64,000 nt of DNA. It comes from Synechococcus sp. (GTDB lineage: Bacteria; Cyanobacteriota; Cyanobacteriia; Thermostichales; PCC-7336). The notes under the pieces are model-generated. The model did not search any database. It had not been told where the DNA came from and saw only the letters and a list, made by a program, of their open reading frames with translations. Positions 40,612-50,068 of this stretch are shown piece after piece; within the stretch, counting starts at the first letter, position 1, and the number at the start of each line of letters is the position of its first letter. The stretch is taken from contig JBFRWN010000044.1 in NCBI GenBank assembly GCA_051439605.1, positions 32,001 through 96,000 of the forward strand. The letters are read 5' to 3'. Made by a program: the position numbers and the translations under genes.

Positions 40612-41397
40612 CTATTCCTCCGGAAAGCTGCCGTCTCGGACTTCTTCACAGAATGCTTCCACCGCTGTCGCAATCGCCTCGCGTAAATTCGTGTAAGCCT
40701 TTGCAAATGGAGGCATCCGATCGGACAAGCCTAGCAGATCGTTGGTGACCAGGATTTGGCCATCGCAGCCAGCCCCGGCCCCGATACCAAATGTGGGAAT
40801 CACTAGCTGTTCGGAAATTTCTCGACCCACCTCAGCAGGCATATGTTCTAGCACAAGGGCAAAGGCCCCTGCCTCCTGCAAATCTTTAGCCTCGCGCAAC
40901 AGACGTTGGGCCGCTTCTGCAGTAGTCCCCTGCTGCCTAAAGCCTCCCACCTGATGTACCGCCTGTGGCGTCAAACCCAAATGACCCAATACGGGTATGC
41001 CGGCTTGCACCAATGCAGCCACCGTCTCCACCATCTGGGGATATCCTCCCTCCACCTTGACCCCCATGGCACCAGCCTCTTTGATTGTCCGACCTGCAGA
41101 CATCAGGGCCTGTTCCCGGCTGACTTGGTACGTTAGGAATGGTAAGTCCGCTACTAAGAAAGCGCGATCGACCCCTCGACGGACCGCAGCGCAATGGTGT
41201 ATTAGCTCGTCTAAGGTGAGGGGCAAGGTATTGCTGTAACCCAATGTAGTCATGGCCAAACTGTCACCCACCAGCAACAAGTCAACCCCTGAGCGATCGA
41301 GTAGTTGGGCAAAGGCAAAATCAGCAGCCGTCAGGGCAACTAACTTTTGTCCGGCCTGCTTCGCTTTAGCAAAGTGCTGAATCTGAATGGAAAGCAT
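40612..41397 (-). CDS. panB: 3-methyl-2-oxobutanoate hydroxymethyltransferase
   Basis: Motifs [26 protein letters not shown] and GIGAG..CDGQ. ATG at 41397. Confidence 0.97.
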   Translation of the reverse strand: MLSIQIQHFAKAKQAGQKLVALTAADFAFAQLLDRSGVDLLLVGDSLAMTTLGYSNTLPLTLDELIHHCAAVRRGVDRAFLVADLPFLTYQVSREQALMSAGRTIKEAGAMGVKVEGGYPQMVETVAALVQAGIPVLGHLGLTPQAVHQVGGFRQQGTTAEAAQRLLREAKDLQEAGAFALVLEHMPAEVGREISEQLVIPTFGIGAGAGCDGQILVTNDLLGLSDRMPPFAKAYTNLREAIATAVEAFCEEVRDGSFPEE

Positions 41398-41505
41398 GGG
41401 TTCAGTGGGACACAAGTCGATCCTACTGCGTAAGTGCATGTAGCAAGGGTATAGCTAGTGGCCTGCTAAAACAGAAAGCACGCAAAAGAAAATTCCGCAT
41501 GCAGG

Positions 41506-42741
41506 CTAATCTGGTCCTGCCACCGATACTGTCGGGATGCATAAATGGCGTTCGGCCACTTGCTGCAATTCAAACGCATCCAAATTTTGGATCAATTCCG
41601 GGTACAGGCGATCGTATTCGATGCCAAGCTCCAAACTGTCGTACCAGCCTAATAGTTGAGCTAGTTGTCCGTTCGTTTGCTTAGACAGGGCATATTGTCC
41701 CAATATTTTTCCTTTTGCTAACTGCAATTCGTCCTCTGTGAGGGGTTTATCCAACAAGCGAGTAATTTCTTGTTGCAGCCCCGCCAATGCCTGCTCGGCA
41801 GTGTCAGGGGCGGTCCCGATGTAAGCCGTAAAAGGTCCTGCATAGCGGCGCGGACTGTAGGATGCGGACACTTCGTAGGCCAATCCCTGTTTCTCTCGCA
41901 ACTGGACAAAGAGTCGGCTGGAGAGCCCACCCCCTAAATGAACGGCCAGTAACTTGAGGGCAACCCAGTCAGTAGAGTAAACCGAAGGAGCTCGAAATCC
42001 AATAATGATAATCGTTTGCTGCGTAGGCTGTTGGTTTCGCAGGGTATTCGCCCCAACCAGGGTGGGAAACTCGGGCAGATGAGGGGGGTGAGCTGGGATA
42101 GGAGCTATCCAGTCCCCCAGCGCATCCTTCACAAGTTGCTCTGCGGCGGTTGGGGAAATGCGACCGCAAATGGCAAGGGTTAACTGTTCGGGGCGGAGGC
42201 AATTGCAGTGGAACTCTCTCAGATCCCCCCGAGTCATGGCAGTTACCGATTCAGTGGTGCCAGCCAAAGAGTATCCGTAGGGGTGCTCCCCAAATAGGGT
42301 CTTGCGCAGTGGAGCAAAGGCCACCGAAAAGGGGCGCTCCTGCTGACTGCGAATAGATTGAACGACCAGCTGCTGTTCTCGGTCCACCTCCGATTGTGGA
42401 AATGTTGGGTTGCGAATAATATCGCTGGCTAGGTGAAACAAATGGGCGAAATCCCCTGCAATTGATTTCAGATGCAAAGAGAGGTAGTCCGGGGCACATT
42501 CTGCCCCTAACAATGCCCCCATTGATTCCACTTCTTCGGCAATTTTCTCTGCGTTTCGGCTAGTGGTTCCCTTCGTCAGTACCGACGCCATCAAATTGGC
42601 CAGTCCAGCTTGAGCAGCCCCCACAGCCGAGGCTCCCCCCCTCCAAAAAAACTGGGCAGAAATAATATCGGCTACCGGATTTTCAATCACCAGCAGACGG
42701 ATTCCATTCTTGAGTTGGATGCGATAGATCGGGGGATTCAC
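41506..42741 (-). CDS. M16B peptidase, non-catalytic subunit (no HxxEH)
   Basis: GLANLMASVLTKGT replaces the HxxEH region, while the LSSRLF..LREKQGLAY motif is retained. Confidence 0.88.
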   Translation of the reverse strand: MNPPIYRIQLKNGIRLLVIENPVADIISAQFFWRGGASAVGAAQAGLANLMASVLTKGTTSRNAEKIAEEVESMGALLGAECAPDYLSLHLKSIAGDFAHLFHLASDIIRNPTFPQSEVDREQQLVVQSIRSQQERPFSVAFAPLRKTLFGEHPYGYSLAGTTESVTAMTRGDLREFHCNCLRPEQLTLAICGRISPTAAEQLVKDALGDWIAPIPAHPPHLPEFPTLVGANTLRNQQPTQQTIIIIGFRAPSVYSTDWVALKLLAVHLGGGLSSRLFVQLREKQGLAYEVSASYSPRRYAGPFTAYIGTAPDTAEQALAGLQQEITRLLDKPLTEDELQLAKGKILGQYALSKQTNGQLAQLLGWYDSLELGIEYDRLYPELIQNLDAFELQQVAERHLCIPTVSVAGPD

Positions 42742-42854
42742 AGTATTAAGAGTGGAATGAGTGCAAAATCAACGTTACAAAACATAGAGATGGGGCAGAG
42801 CTTGCCCCGCTTATCGATACAAACCTGAGGGGTCACAATTAACCAATCCTTGAG

Positions 42855-44138
42855 TCAGGAAATTTGACCGCAACTAGCAGTTTCCTCGGGCTTGAGGACA
42901 GCAGTACAGAAGCGATCGAGGCGTAAATAGGTTTGGGCCAACTTCTTCAGTTGAACGGTCGTAACATTCTGGATGCCTTCTAGATAGCGATCGGCTAAAT
43001 TCAACCCACCACAAAGATGGTAGAAACCATACATGCGGGCTAACTGACTGGGTGATTCGGCAGAGAACACAAACTCGTTGGTCAAGATGCTGCGCACCCG
43101 ACTCAATTCTTCTTCTGAGATAAGTTCGTTGTGAAATCGCTCAACTTCTGCCAGGATCTCAGCTTCCACTAGTTCTAGTTTGTCAGCATCTAAATAAGTA
43201 CTGACATAGAACAGACCGGAGTCAAACTGCACTACGGAAGACGCACCAATATCCCTTACCAAACCCTTATCTTCCCGAAGGGACTTCACCAATCGTGATG
43301 CCCGGCCATCCCCCAGTACAGCGGCCAGCATATCGAGCCCACAGGCAACATCCCACTGCTTCTGGCTTACCCCTGGCCAAGCTAAGATCGCTCGGGTTTG
43401 CTCGAGCCTGGGTTGAGCATGCTCTACCCGCTGGACACCGTCTATTCCACTGCAGGATTTGATGACTGGCAGCGACACCTCGCAGGGATAGTTCGACAGA
43501 TGTCCGAAATGGGTTTCTACCAATTTCTGAGCTGAATCTAGCTGAAAATTGCCTGCCAGCACCACTGTCATGCGCTCGGGGCAATACCAACTGCGGTGAT
43601 AGCTCCTCATTTGCTCTGGAGTCAGGGCCATGAGGCTGTCCTCGGTGCCCAACACCGGTCGAGAGTATGGGTGATCGGGGTAGGCTGCCTTGGCCAGCAG
43701 GTAATACGCACAATAATCAGGACTATCCTGCGATCGACGGATTTCTTCTAAGACCACCCGTCGTTCTAATTTAAATTCATCATCGGGGATGGATGCTTGG
43801 GTCACCGCTTCGGCTAAATAGGGAAGCGATTCGGCTAAATCGTCTGCGGCCACCGTGATGTAGAAGTGAGTGTAGTCTTGGCTGGTTGCCGCGTTAGCAA
43901 TCCCACCCCGACGTTCAATCGCTAGGTCCAGCTCTCCAGGCTTAAGGCGTTCTGTTCCCTTAAACACCATGTGCTCTAGGAAATGAGAAACCCCCAGCAG
44001 TTCCGGCGGTTCCAGCCGACCTCCCACTTCAATCCAGATATCAACGGTGACGACGTCTGTCGCTACCATGGGGTGATAAATTGCTGTCAGTCCGTTACCT
44101 AATTGCTCTGTTGTGGCAGCGGAAACAATGGAATTCAA
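42855..44138 (-). CDS. M16B zinc peptidase, catalytic subunit
   Basis: Motifs GVSHFLEHMVFKGT, NAATSQDYT and ERRVVLEE. Confidence 0.93.
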   Translation of the reverse strand: MNSIVSAATTEQLGNGLTAIYHPMVATDVVTVDIWIEVGGRLEPPELLGVSHFLEHMVFKGTERLKPGELDLAIERRGGIANAATSQDYTHFYITVAADDLAESLPYLAEAVTQASIPDDEFKLERRVVLEEIRRSQDSPDYCAYYLLAKAAYPDHPYSRPVLGTEDSLMALTPEQMRSYHRSWYCPERMTVVLAGNFQLDSAQKLVETHFGHLSNYPCEVSLPVIKSCSGIDGVQRVEHAQPRLEQTRAILAWPGVSQKQWDVACGLDMLAAVLGDGRASRLVKSLREDKGLVRDIGASSVVQFDSGLFYVSTYLDADKLELVEAEILAEVERFHNELISEEELSRVRSILTNEFVFSAESPSQLARMYGFYHLCGGLNLADRYLEGIQNVTTVQLKKLAQTYLRLDRFCTAVLKPEETASCGQIS

Positions 44139-44325
44139 GATAGGGGACTCGATAGTGGTGCCAGTTACCCAGCTTGTATAAGCAAAATAACTTAATCGCA
44201 GTAAAGCCTAACATAGGCTTGTTTTTATAAATTCATGCAAAAAATCAAAGATTTTGCTACGCGAGAGCACTGGCATGATACCTAACTTGGAGGCTCTATC
44301 GACTAGAAATCCTCGATCATAGGAA

Positions 44326-44350
44326 GAGACTGCTTTACTGAGGCAGTCTC
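44326..44350 (-). terminator. Possible terminator hairpin after the DUF1815-like gene
   Basis: GAGACTGC/GCAGTCTC stem with only a weak U tail (TTCCT). Confidence 0.45.
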
Positions 44351-44451
44351 CTCATCCAAGTGAATCGAACCCGGACAGAATTTTTTTCTTGGCTTGCGGT
44401 CAATAGTACGAAGATCTAGAGAACGGTGACATTGGAACGCCGTCGCAATAT

Positions 44452-44784
44452 TTACACTCCGACTTTTTCGGCCCCGGTAACCGCTATTTCTTTGATCAAA
44501 TCTGCCAATTCCTGCAGCTGTTCGATCGCCTCTCCACCTTCCAGCTTCATTAATTCGCGATCGTCACGCATCTCTGTCCAACTGGTGGCACACTCGGAGA
44601 CCAAAAAACGCACCAAGTGGCCTTCCTGCAAACTCACCAAAAAAGAAGCACTTTCGAAATCGTCTCCGCAGGTGTAGCAGGAAGCAATATAGCCATGCCG
44701 TTCCAGCACAATCGCTAGAGCTTGGAGGTTCATAATTAGGTCGCGAACAAATTCACGGTGCTGCTGGGCGAGTCTAGTGAACAT
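44452..44784 (-). CDS. Conserved cyanobacterial protein (DUF1815-like)
   Basis: Reads MFTRLAQQHREFVRDL.MNLQALA...ASCYTCG. ATG at 44784 follows GGAGA. Confidence 0.85.
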   Translation of the reverse strand: MFTRLAQQHREFVRDLIMNLQALAIVLERHGYIASCYTCGDDFESASFLVSLQEGHLVRFLVSECATSWTEMRDDRELMKLEGGEAIEQLQELADLIKEIAVTGAEKVGV

Positions 44785-45169
44785 GTCACTTCTCCATTTG
44801 TGGCAAGAGGATGCAACTGCAATTGCGACTGTGGGCCACGTACCGACGAACGATGCGTCCACTCAATCTAACAAAACTTTAACTTATGTAAAGTACCCTG
44901 GTCCTGCCAATTAGGTAAGGTTCTGCAATTGAGAAACCAATATAGGTAAGCTGTTCTGATGTGAATGTTCGCAGCGAACATCTTGACGGGGTTTTCGGTA
45001 ATGTTCACAAATCTCTAATCATCGGAACCTTTTCTTGTTGTGATTTGAAGCAAGAGGTAGGACTCTTTCGGTTGGCGAACCCATCAGCTACGGTACCCTT
45101 GCGACTGGACGTATCTTACAAACTCAGCTCTGTTGGTAGTCTAGAAGCCTGCAATCCCTTTGCCATCCT

Positions 45170-46333
45170 ATGTCCGCAGTCAAAACCCGAACGATCGCCG
45201 AAATTAACAAAAAGATCGCAAATGGAACCGTTACTGTTCTGACCGCGCAGGAATTAAAACAGCTTGTGGTAAATGTGGGAATAGCCGAAGCCTTTCAGCA
45301 GGTGGATGCGATCGCCACCGGTACCTTCGAACCCATGGATTCCTCCGGTGCCATCCTCAACGTGGGCCATTCCGACCCCCCGATCAAAATCGCCCGCGCA
45401 ACAATCCACAACGTGCCAGCCTACGCAGGCTTCGGAGCTGTCGACCTCTATCTCGGAGCAGCCCAACCCTCCGAACGCGGAGATGAAAAATACGGTGGCG
45501 GCCACGCGATCGCCGACCTAATCGCCGGAAAATCACTCCAACTGCATGCCATCGGCCACGTCACCGACTGTTACCCCAAAGCCGAACTCGACACGCACAT
45601 AAACAAGGAAAGACTCAACCAATTTTATTTGTTCAACCCCCGCAATGCCTATCAAAATTTTATTGTTGGAGTCAACGGTGGCGATCGCCCTCTCTACACC
45701 TACTTAGGCCCCTTGCAACCCCGTCTAGGCAACGCCGTCTACTCCAATCCCGGGTCCCTCTCTCCCCTGCTTAACGACCCTGAGCTGAAGGCTGTAGGTA
45801 TTGGCACTCGCATCTTCTTAGGGGGCGCCCAAGGCTACATCGCCTGGGAAGGCACGCAACATTTTCCAAACCAGAAGCGCTTGCCCAACCGAACCCCCGT
45901 CGGCCCGGCTGCCACCCTTGCCCTGATCGGCGATGCCAAACAAATGAGCGAGCAATGGGTCAGAGGCTGCTACTTCAAAGGCTACGGCCCCTCCCTCATG
46001 TTGGGGGTTGGCATTCCCATCCCAGTTCTGAATGAGGAGGTAATGGAGCGAGCCGCGGTGACTGACAGCGACCTGGTGGCCCCCGTGATCGACTTCTCCA
46101 TTCCCCGTAGGGTGCGCCCCAGCTTCGGCATGGTCAGTTACGAACAGCTCAAATCGGGCAAGCTCACTCTCAACGGTCAATCGGTACGGGTAGCTCCACT
46201 GGCAAGTATGCGCATGTCTCTAGCCGTAGCAGAGACACTGCGGGATGAAATTCGAGCGGGGCGATTTACCCTCACCAACCCAGTCGCTCCTTTGCCCAGC
46301 GATCGCCCCTTCTTCCCGTTACAAGAGTCCTAA
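45170..46333 (+). CDS. Homocysteine biosynthesis protein (DUF39, L-aspartate semialdehyde sulfurtransferase-like)
   Basis: Motifs RTIAEIN.KI, TGTFEPM.SSG, AVDLYLGA, YGGGH, PRNAYQN, LSPLLNDP and IGTRIFLGG. Confidence 0.88.
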   Translation: MSAVKTRTIAEINKKIANGTVTVLTAQELKQLVVNVGIAEAFQQVDAIATGTFEPMDSSGAILNVGHSDPPIKIARATIHNVPAYAGFGAVDLYLGAAQPSERGDEKYGGGHAIADLIAGKSLQLHAIGHVTDCYPKAELDTHINKERLNQFYLFNPRNAYQNFIVGVNGGDRPLYTYLGPLQPRLGNAVYSNPGSLSPLLNDPELKAVGIGTRIFLGGAQGYIAWEGTQHFPNQKRLPNRTPVGPAATLALIGDAKQMSEQWVRGCYFKGYGPSLMLGVGIPIPVLNEEVMERAAVTDSDLVAPVIDFSIPRRVRPSFGMVSYEQLKSGKLTLNGQSVRVAPLASMRMSLAVAETLRDEIRAGRFTLTNPVAPLPSDRPFFPLQES

Positions 46334-46398
46334 TTTCTCGACTCTAAAAAGTTTTGGGGGACTCAACTCCTACCGTGACGGCAGTTACTACAACTAAA

Positions 46399-46642
46399 AC
46401 AGCGGGATTTCTGTTGGCTAGCGCTCAATCGCGATTGTTATCTTTGCAGGCTTTTGCTATCTCAAACCTAGTCGGCCCGGCGAAAGTTTATCTCAATCCT
46501 CAGGGGACTAGCGTGGAGGGTTCCAAGGGACGCGCTACGTCCCTTGGTCGCGGGAGCGCGAGGGGGGGCGACCGCTCCCTCGCAAGCAAGCGGTTCTAAT
46601 TTGAAACAAGCACAGCGGATTTTGTATCAGTTAGAGCTATAT
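46399..46642. repeat. GC-rich multi-hairpin extragenic element (REP/MITE-like); boundaries approximate
   Basis: Stems CCAAGGGACG/CGTCCCTTGG (46523-46547) and GCGAGGG/CCCTCGC (46558-46583), flanked by near-direct repeats ACAGCGGGATTT / ACAGCGGATTTT. Only one copy is visible in this window. Confidence 0.5.
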
Positions 46643-46741
46643 CCTTGCCCATTCAGGCACCTGGAGCCCCGAGATGTTCTTAGCAACTTGACAATCCCAG
46701 TACCGTTAACTCGATCCATCCAATTCATCGCGACCAGCGGC

Positions 46742-48034
46742 ATGTCTCTAATTCCTCCCCAAAAACTATTACGGGCCTTATTCGATGCGGCAGTCACCGC
46801 CGCCTTACCCGCCCACAAAATTCCCCGATATCTACCCGAGCCCCCCAAAGGACGCACGGTTGTAGTGGGGGGCGGCAAATCTGCTGCGGCAATGGCCAAA
46901 GCAGTAGAGGACGCTTGGCCAGCGGACTTAGAAGGGCTAGTTGTCACCCGTTACGGTCATAGGGTACCTACCCAGCGTATTGAGGTGATTGAGGCGGGAC
47001 ATCCAGTACCGGACCTGAACGGTCTACTGGGGGCTCAACGTATCCTCAAGCGGGTCCAGGCCCTCACTGCAAACGATCTGGTTATCTGTCTAATTTCTGG
47101 AGGAGGGTCTGCATTGCTGACCTTGCCTCCTGATGAACTTTCTCTAGAAGAACTGGCGTCAATCAATCGCCATCTATTGCGATCGGGGGCAGCGATCTCC
47201 GAGATGAATGCAGTTCGTAAATCCCTCTCACAAATTTCGGGGGGGCGATTGGCAGCGGCGGCTTATCCCGCCAAAGTCTTGGCACTCATTATCTCAGATG
47301 TCCCCGGTGACGATCTCGCTTCCATTGCTTCTGGGCCAACCGTCGGCGATGCCGTCACTGCCCAGCTGGCTCTGCAAATTCTCCAGAAGTACCGCATCGA
47401 AATGTCCGACACTGTCAGTGATTACCTAACCCGCAATCCCAGCCCCGTCGTTTCCCCCGACGATCTCCGCTTATCCAGCACTACCAATCACCTGATTGCC
47501 ACCCCCCAGCAGTCGCTAGAAGCCGCCGCCGCACTGGCCATAGATTCCGGCTACACCCCCATCATCTTGGGGGACTCGCTAGAGGGGGAGGCCCGTGAGG
47601 TCGGAATAGTCCATGCAAGAATTGCCCAACAAGTGTTGCGTCATCAGCAACCTGTCAAGTCCCCCTGTGTCATTCTCTCTGGCGGAGAAACCACCGTCAC
47701 CATCGGCAGTGAAGAAAAACAGGGGGGCGGAAGAGGGGGGCGCAATAGTGAATTTTTGCTGTCGTTAGCCTGTGCGCTCGAAGGAGAAGCGGGGATATAC
47801 GCGATCGCCTGCGATACTGATGGCATTGATGGCAGCGAAGACAATGCGGGTGCAATCATCAACCCCGAGACCCTTGCGGTTGGCAGAGAGAGAGGCTACC
47901 AAGCTTTGGAATATCTGCACGATCACAATGCCTACGAATTTTTTGAGGCAGTCGATGCCCTAGTCATCACAGGTCCAACATTAACTAACGTGAATGATTT
48001 CCGAGCAATCGCGATCGTTCCGCAAGAACCATAA
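46742..48034 (+). CDS. Class II (MOFRL/TtuD-type) glycerate kinase
   Basis: Motifs GGGKSAAAMA, EAGHPVPD, ISGGGSAL, SDVPGDD...IASGPT, GGETTV, GGRN and GPTLTNVND. ATG at 46742. Confidence 0.92.
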   Translation: MSLIPPQKLLRALFDAAVTAALPAHKIPRYLPEPPKGRTVVVGGGKSAAAMAKAVEDAWPADLEGLVVTRYGHRVPTQRIEVIEAGHPVPDLNGLLGAQRILKRVQALTANDLVICLISGGGSALLTLPPDELSLEELASINRHLLRSGAAISEMNAVRKSLSQISGGRLAAAAYPAKVLALIISDVPGDDLASIASGPTVGDAVTAQLALQILQKYRIEMSDTVSDYLTRNPSPVVSPDDLRLSSTTNHLIATPQQSLEAAAALAIDSGYTPIILGDSLEGEAREVGIVHARIAQQVLRHQQPVKSPCVILSGGETTVTIGSEEKQGGGRGGRNSEFLLSLACALEGEAGIYAIACDTDGIDGSEDNAGAIINPETLAVGRERGYQALEYLHDHNAYEFFEAVDALVITGPTLTNVNDFRAIAIVPQEP

Positions 48035-48137
48035 GTTATCCCCTTGCTACTCTCACGCGTTACTCCTGGTCTGTAGAAGCGGCCAATAATACATCAGCCG
48101 CTTTTGCCAAGGTTTGAAAGAGACTCTTTAAGTGAAG

Positions 48138-49457
48138 CTAGGCCGAGATTTGACCGATGGGTAATTCGTCTGATTTCGGTTCCTTAAGACTGACCTTGAC
48201 TGACAGAGTCATCATGCTAACAAAAATAACCCACATCAGACTGTTATAAGTGTTGAAATGATTTGAAGGCAGGTTGATCAACAGAAAGAACACTACAAAA
48301 AGAATCGGATAAAAATATACAAATTCTCTGGTTGATCGGGCTTTAGTAATGAACTTGAGTATTGCTAACCATAGGGTCGCGATGATGAACCCCATGCCAA
48401 CAAAACCGATGCTGAGCATCGTTTCCAGAAAGCCGTTGTGGGCAGAGAATTTTGCTGAGACACTTGAAAGCTGAATTAGGATGGCCGCTGGGCCATCTAA
48501 CCCTCCTTCCCAATAAGCTTCAAAACCATATCCAAACCAAAATCGCTGATTAATCGAATCAATTAAATAAGGCCAAAAAATCGTACGACTCGTAAAAGTG
48601 GGGTCTTCGCCAAAGAAATCTAAAAATTCAACGTAGTTTTGCGAAATTAATACTACCCCGAAAAAGAAAATGGATAATGTACCAAATACTGCAGGTATAA
48701 TCTGATGTCTCTTCCAACGGGCAATATAGACAAAAGGGATACTGGCCATTGCTACTAGTAATCCAAGAAAGGCCGTGCTAGAAACAGACAAAAACGTTAA
48801 TATTAACGACAAGCCGAACAAAGACCGATCGAAGATTCTGAGGGTATTATCCCTCAAGGTGGACACAGCAAAGAATGTCATCGTGGCTACACCCATTAGA
48901 ATGCCAAAAATATTCTTGTGGCCGAATACCCCGCGAAATGCCCCTACATGTAGCCGGACATGCTTACCTAGATCCGGCAAAGCCACAATAAAAGTTAAGC
49001 TAGCGGCGATAATGACGACAAAAGTCCATTTCAATAGATTTAGGATCTCTGGAAGGCTGTACCTCGTTGCGAGGTATATCCCGAACAGACTGGTATTAAA
49101 CAGGGCAAAGCTTCTTCTTAAGGTAATGACTGGATAGACTGACCAGAGGGTTGAGAGAATGGGTATGAGAAGCATTAACCAAACCACCCATCCCTTTGAC
49201 ACCAAAGGCTTGAACTGTTCCCGACACTTGTAAAAGTAGTAAAGGGTAATGCCATAAATAATCAATAAAAGGGGTTGCATAACTTTGTTGTAAGCGGGTT
49301 CATTGACCACCCCACTTAGCCCGCCGTCAAGAAAAACCAATCTGAAGATGGGGTCGGAGTAAACGAACATTGCAACAACTGCAAACGGCTTTTCAAGCTT
49401 TTCAGCCCAGGTAATCCCTTCTAAGTCGGATAGCGATGATGGTAATCTGGCTAGCAT
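48138..49457 (-). CDS. O-antigen ligase/Wzy_C family membrane protein (ExoQ-like)
   Basis: Multi-TM protein with STLWS..P.IT.RR, RGVFGHKN, TFTSRT..W, WFGYG and AHNGFL. Confidence 0.88.
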   Translation of the reverse strand: MLARLPSSLSDLEGITWAEKLEKPFAVVAMFVYSDPIFRLVFLDGGLSGVVNEPAYNKVMQPLLLIIYGITLYYFYKCREQFKPLVSKGWVVWLMLLIPILSTLWSVYPVITLRRSFALFNTSLFGIYLATRYSLPEILNLLKWTFVVIIAASLTFIVALPDLGKHVRLHVGAFRGVFGHKNIFGILMGVATMTFFAVSTLRDNTLRIFDRSLFGLSLILTFLSVSSTAFLGLLVAMASIPFVYIARWKRHQIIPAVFGTLSIFFFGVVLISQNYVEFLDFFGEDPTFTSRTIFWPYLIDSINQRFWFGYGFEAYWEGGLDGPAAILIQLSSVSAKFSAHNGFLETMLSIGFVGMGFIIATLWLAILKFITKARSTREFVYFYPILFVVFFLLINLPSNHFNTYNSLMWVIFVSMMTLSVKVSLKEPKSDELPIGQISA

Positions 49458-50068
49458 ATGAAAAAGTGCACCTTTGCCAATGGAGTGAAACAGATATCTA
49501 CAACACAGGAGTTCGCTCTGCAAGGCAGCTTGGATCCGGTTATTACATGAATCCTTCGCATTAGGGTGAATATAACACGAGATAACGGCGAGGATAGTCA
49601 GGAGGATGAGGGTTTGAGGCTGCACTCCAGATTCGAGTGAGAGCTAACCCTCTAAGCCCTGTCCGTAGCTATTGGCCAACTACCTTCTTCAAACCCAACG
49701 TATGGCATCTAATTTGCATCAATGAAACCTTTTTAATGCAAACGAATATGGGGAAGGTTTGAAGTTTCTCACGAGCAATGTATGCAAATCGTGGAGAGGC
49801 ATTAGAGCAAACTCTAATGTCTAGATAGAACTGCTTCTCTTTGCAGTTTATTCAGGCAACTGATGAAATGAGGACTCACTTCACCTTTTGATGACACGTG
49901 ATTTTGGTCATGCGAGGTGCCCTACGCAAGTCCTTGGCTGGTAATAGTCGTGCCTAGATCAGAAATGGAGCTGTTAGCTAAATTTCAGCTTTGGTGACCG
50001 TAACCACCGCAATTGTCAGTTAGGGAACCTTCTGCATACTATGGTTGCGCCTATTGAAACGCCAGTAC

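Noticed and set aside
46544..46741. 66-codon N-terminal extension of the glycerate kinase ORF
   Set aside because: It runs through the hairpin element, and family similarity begins only at the ATG at 46742.
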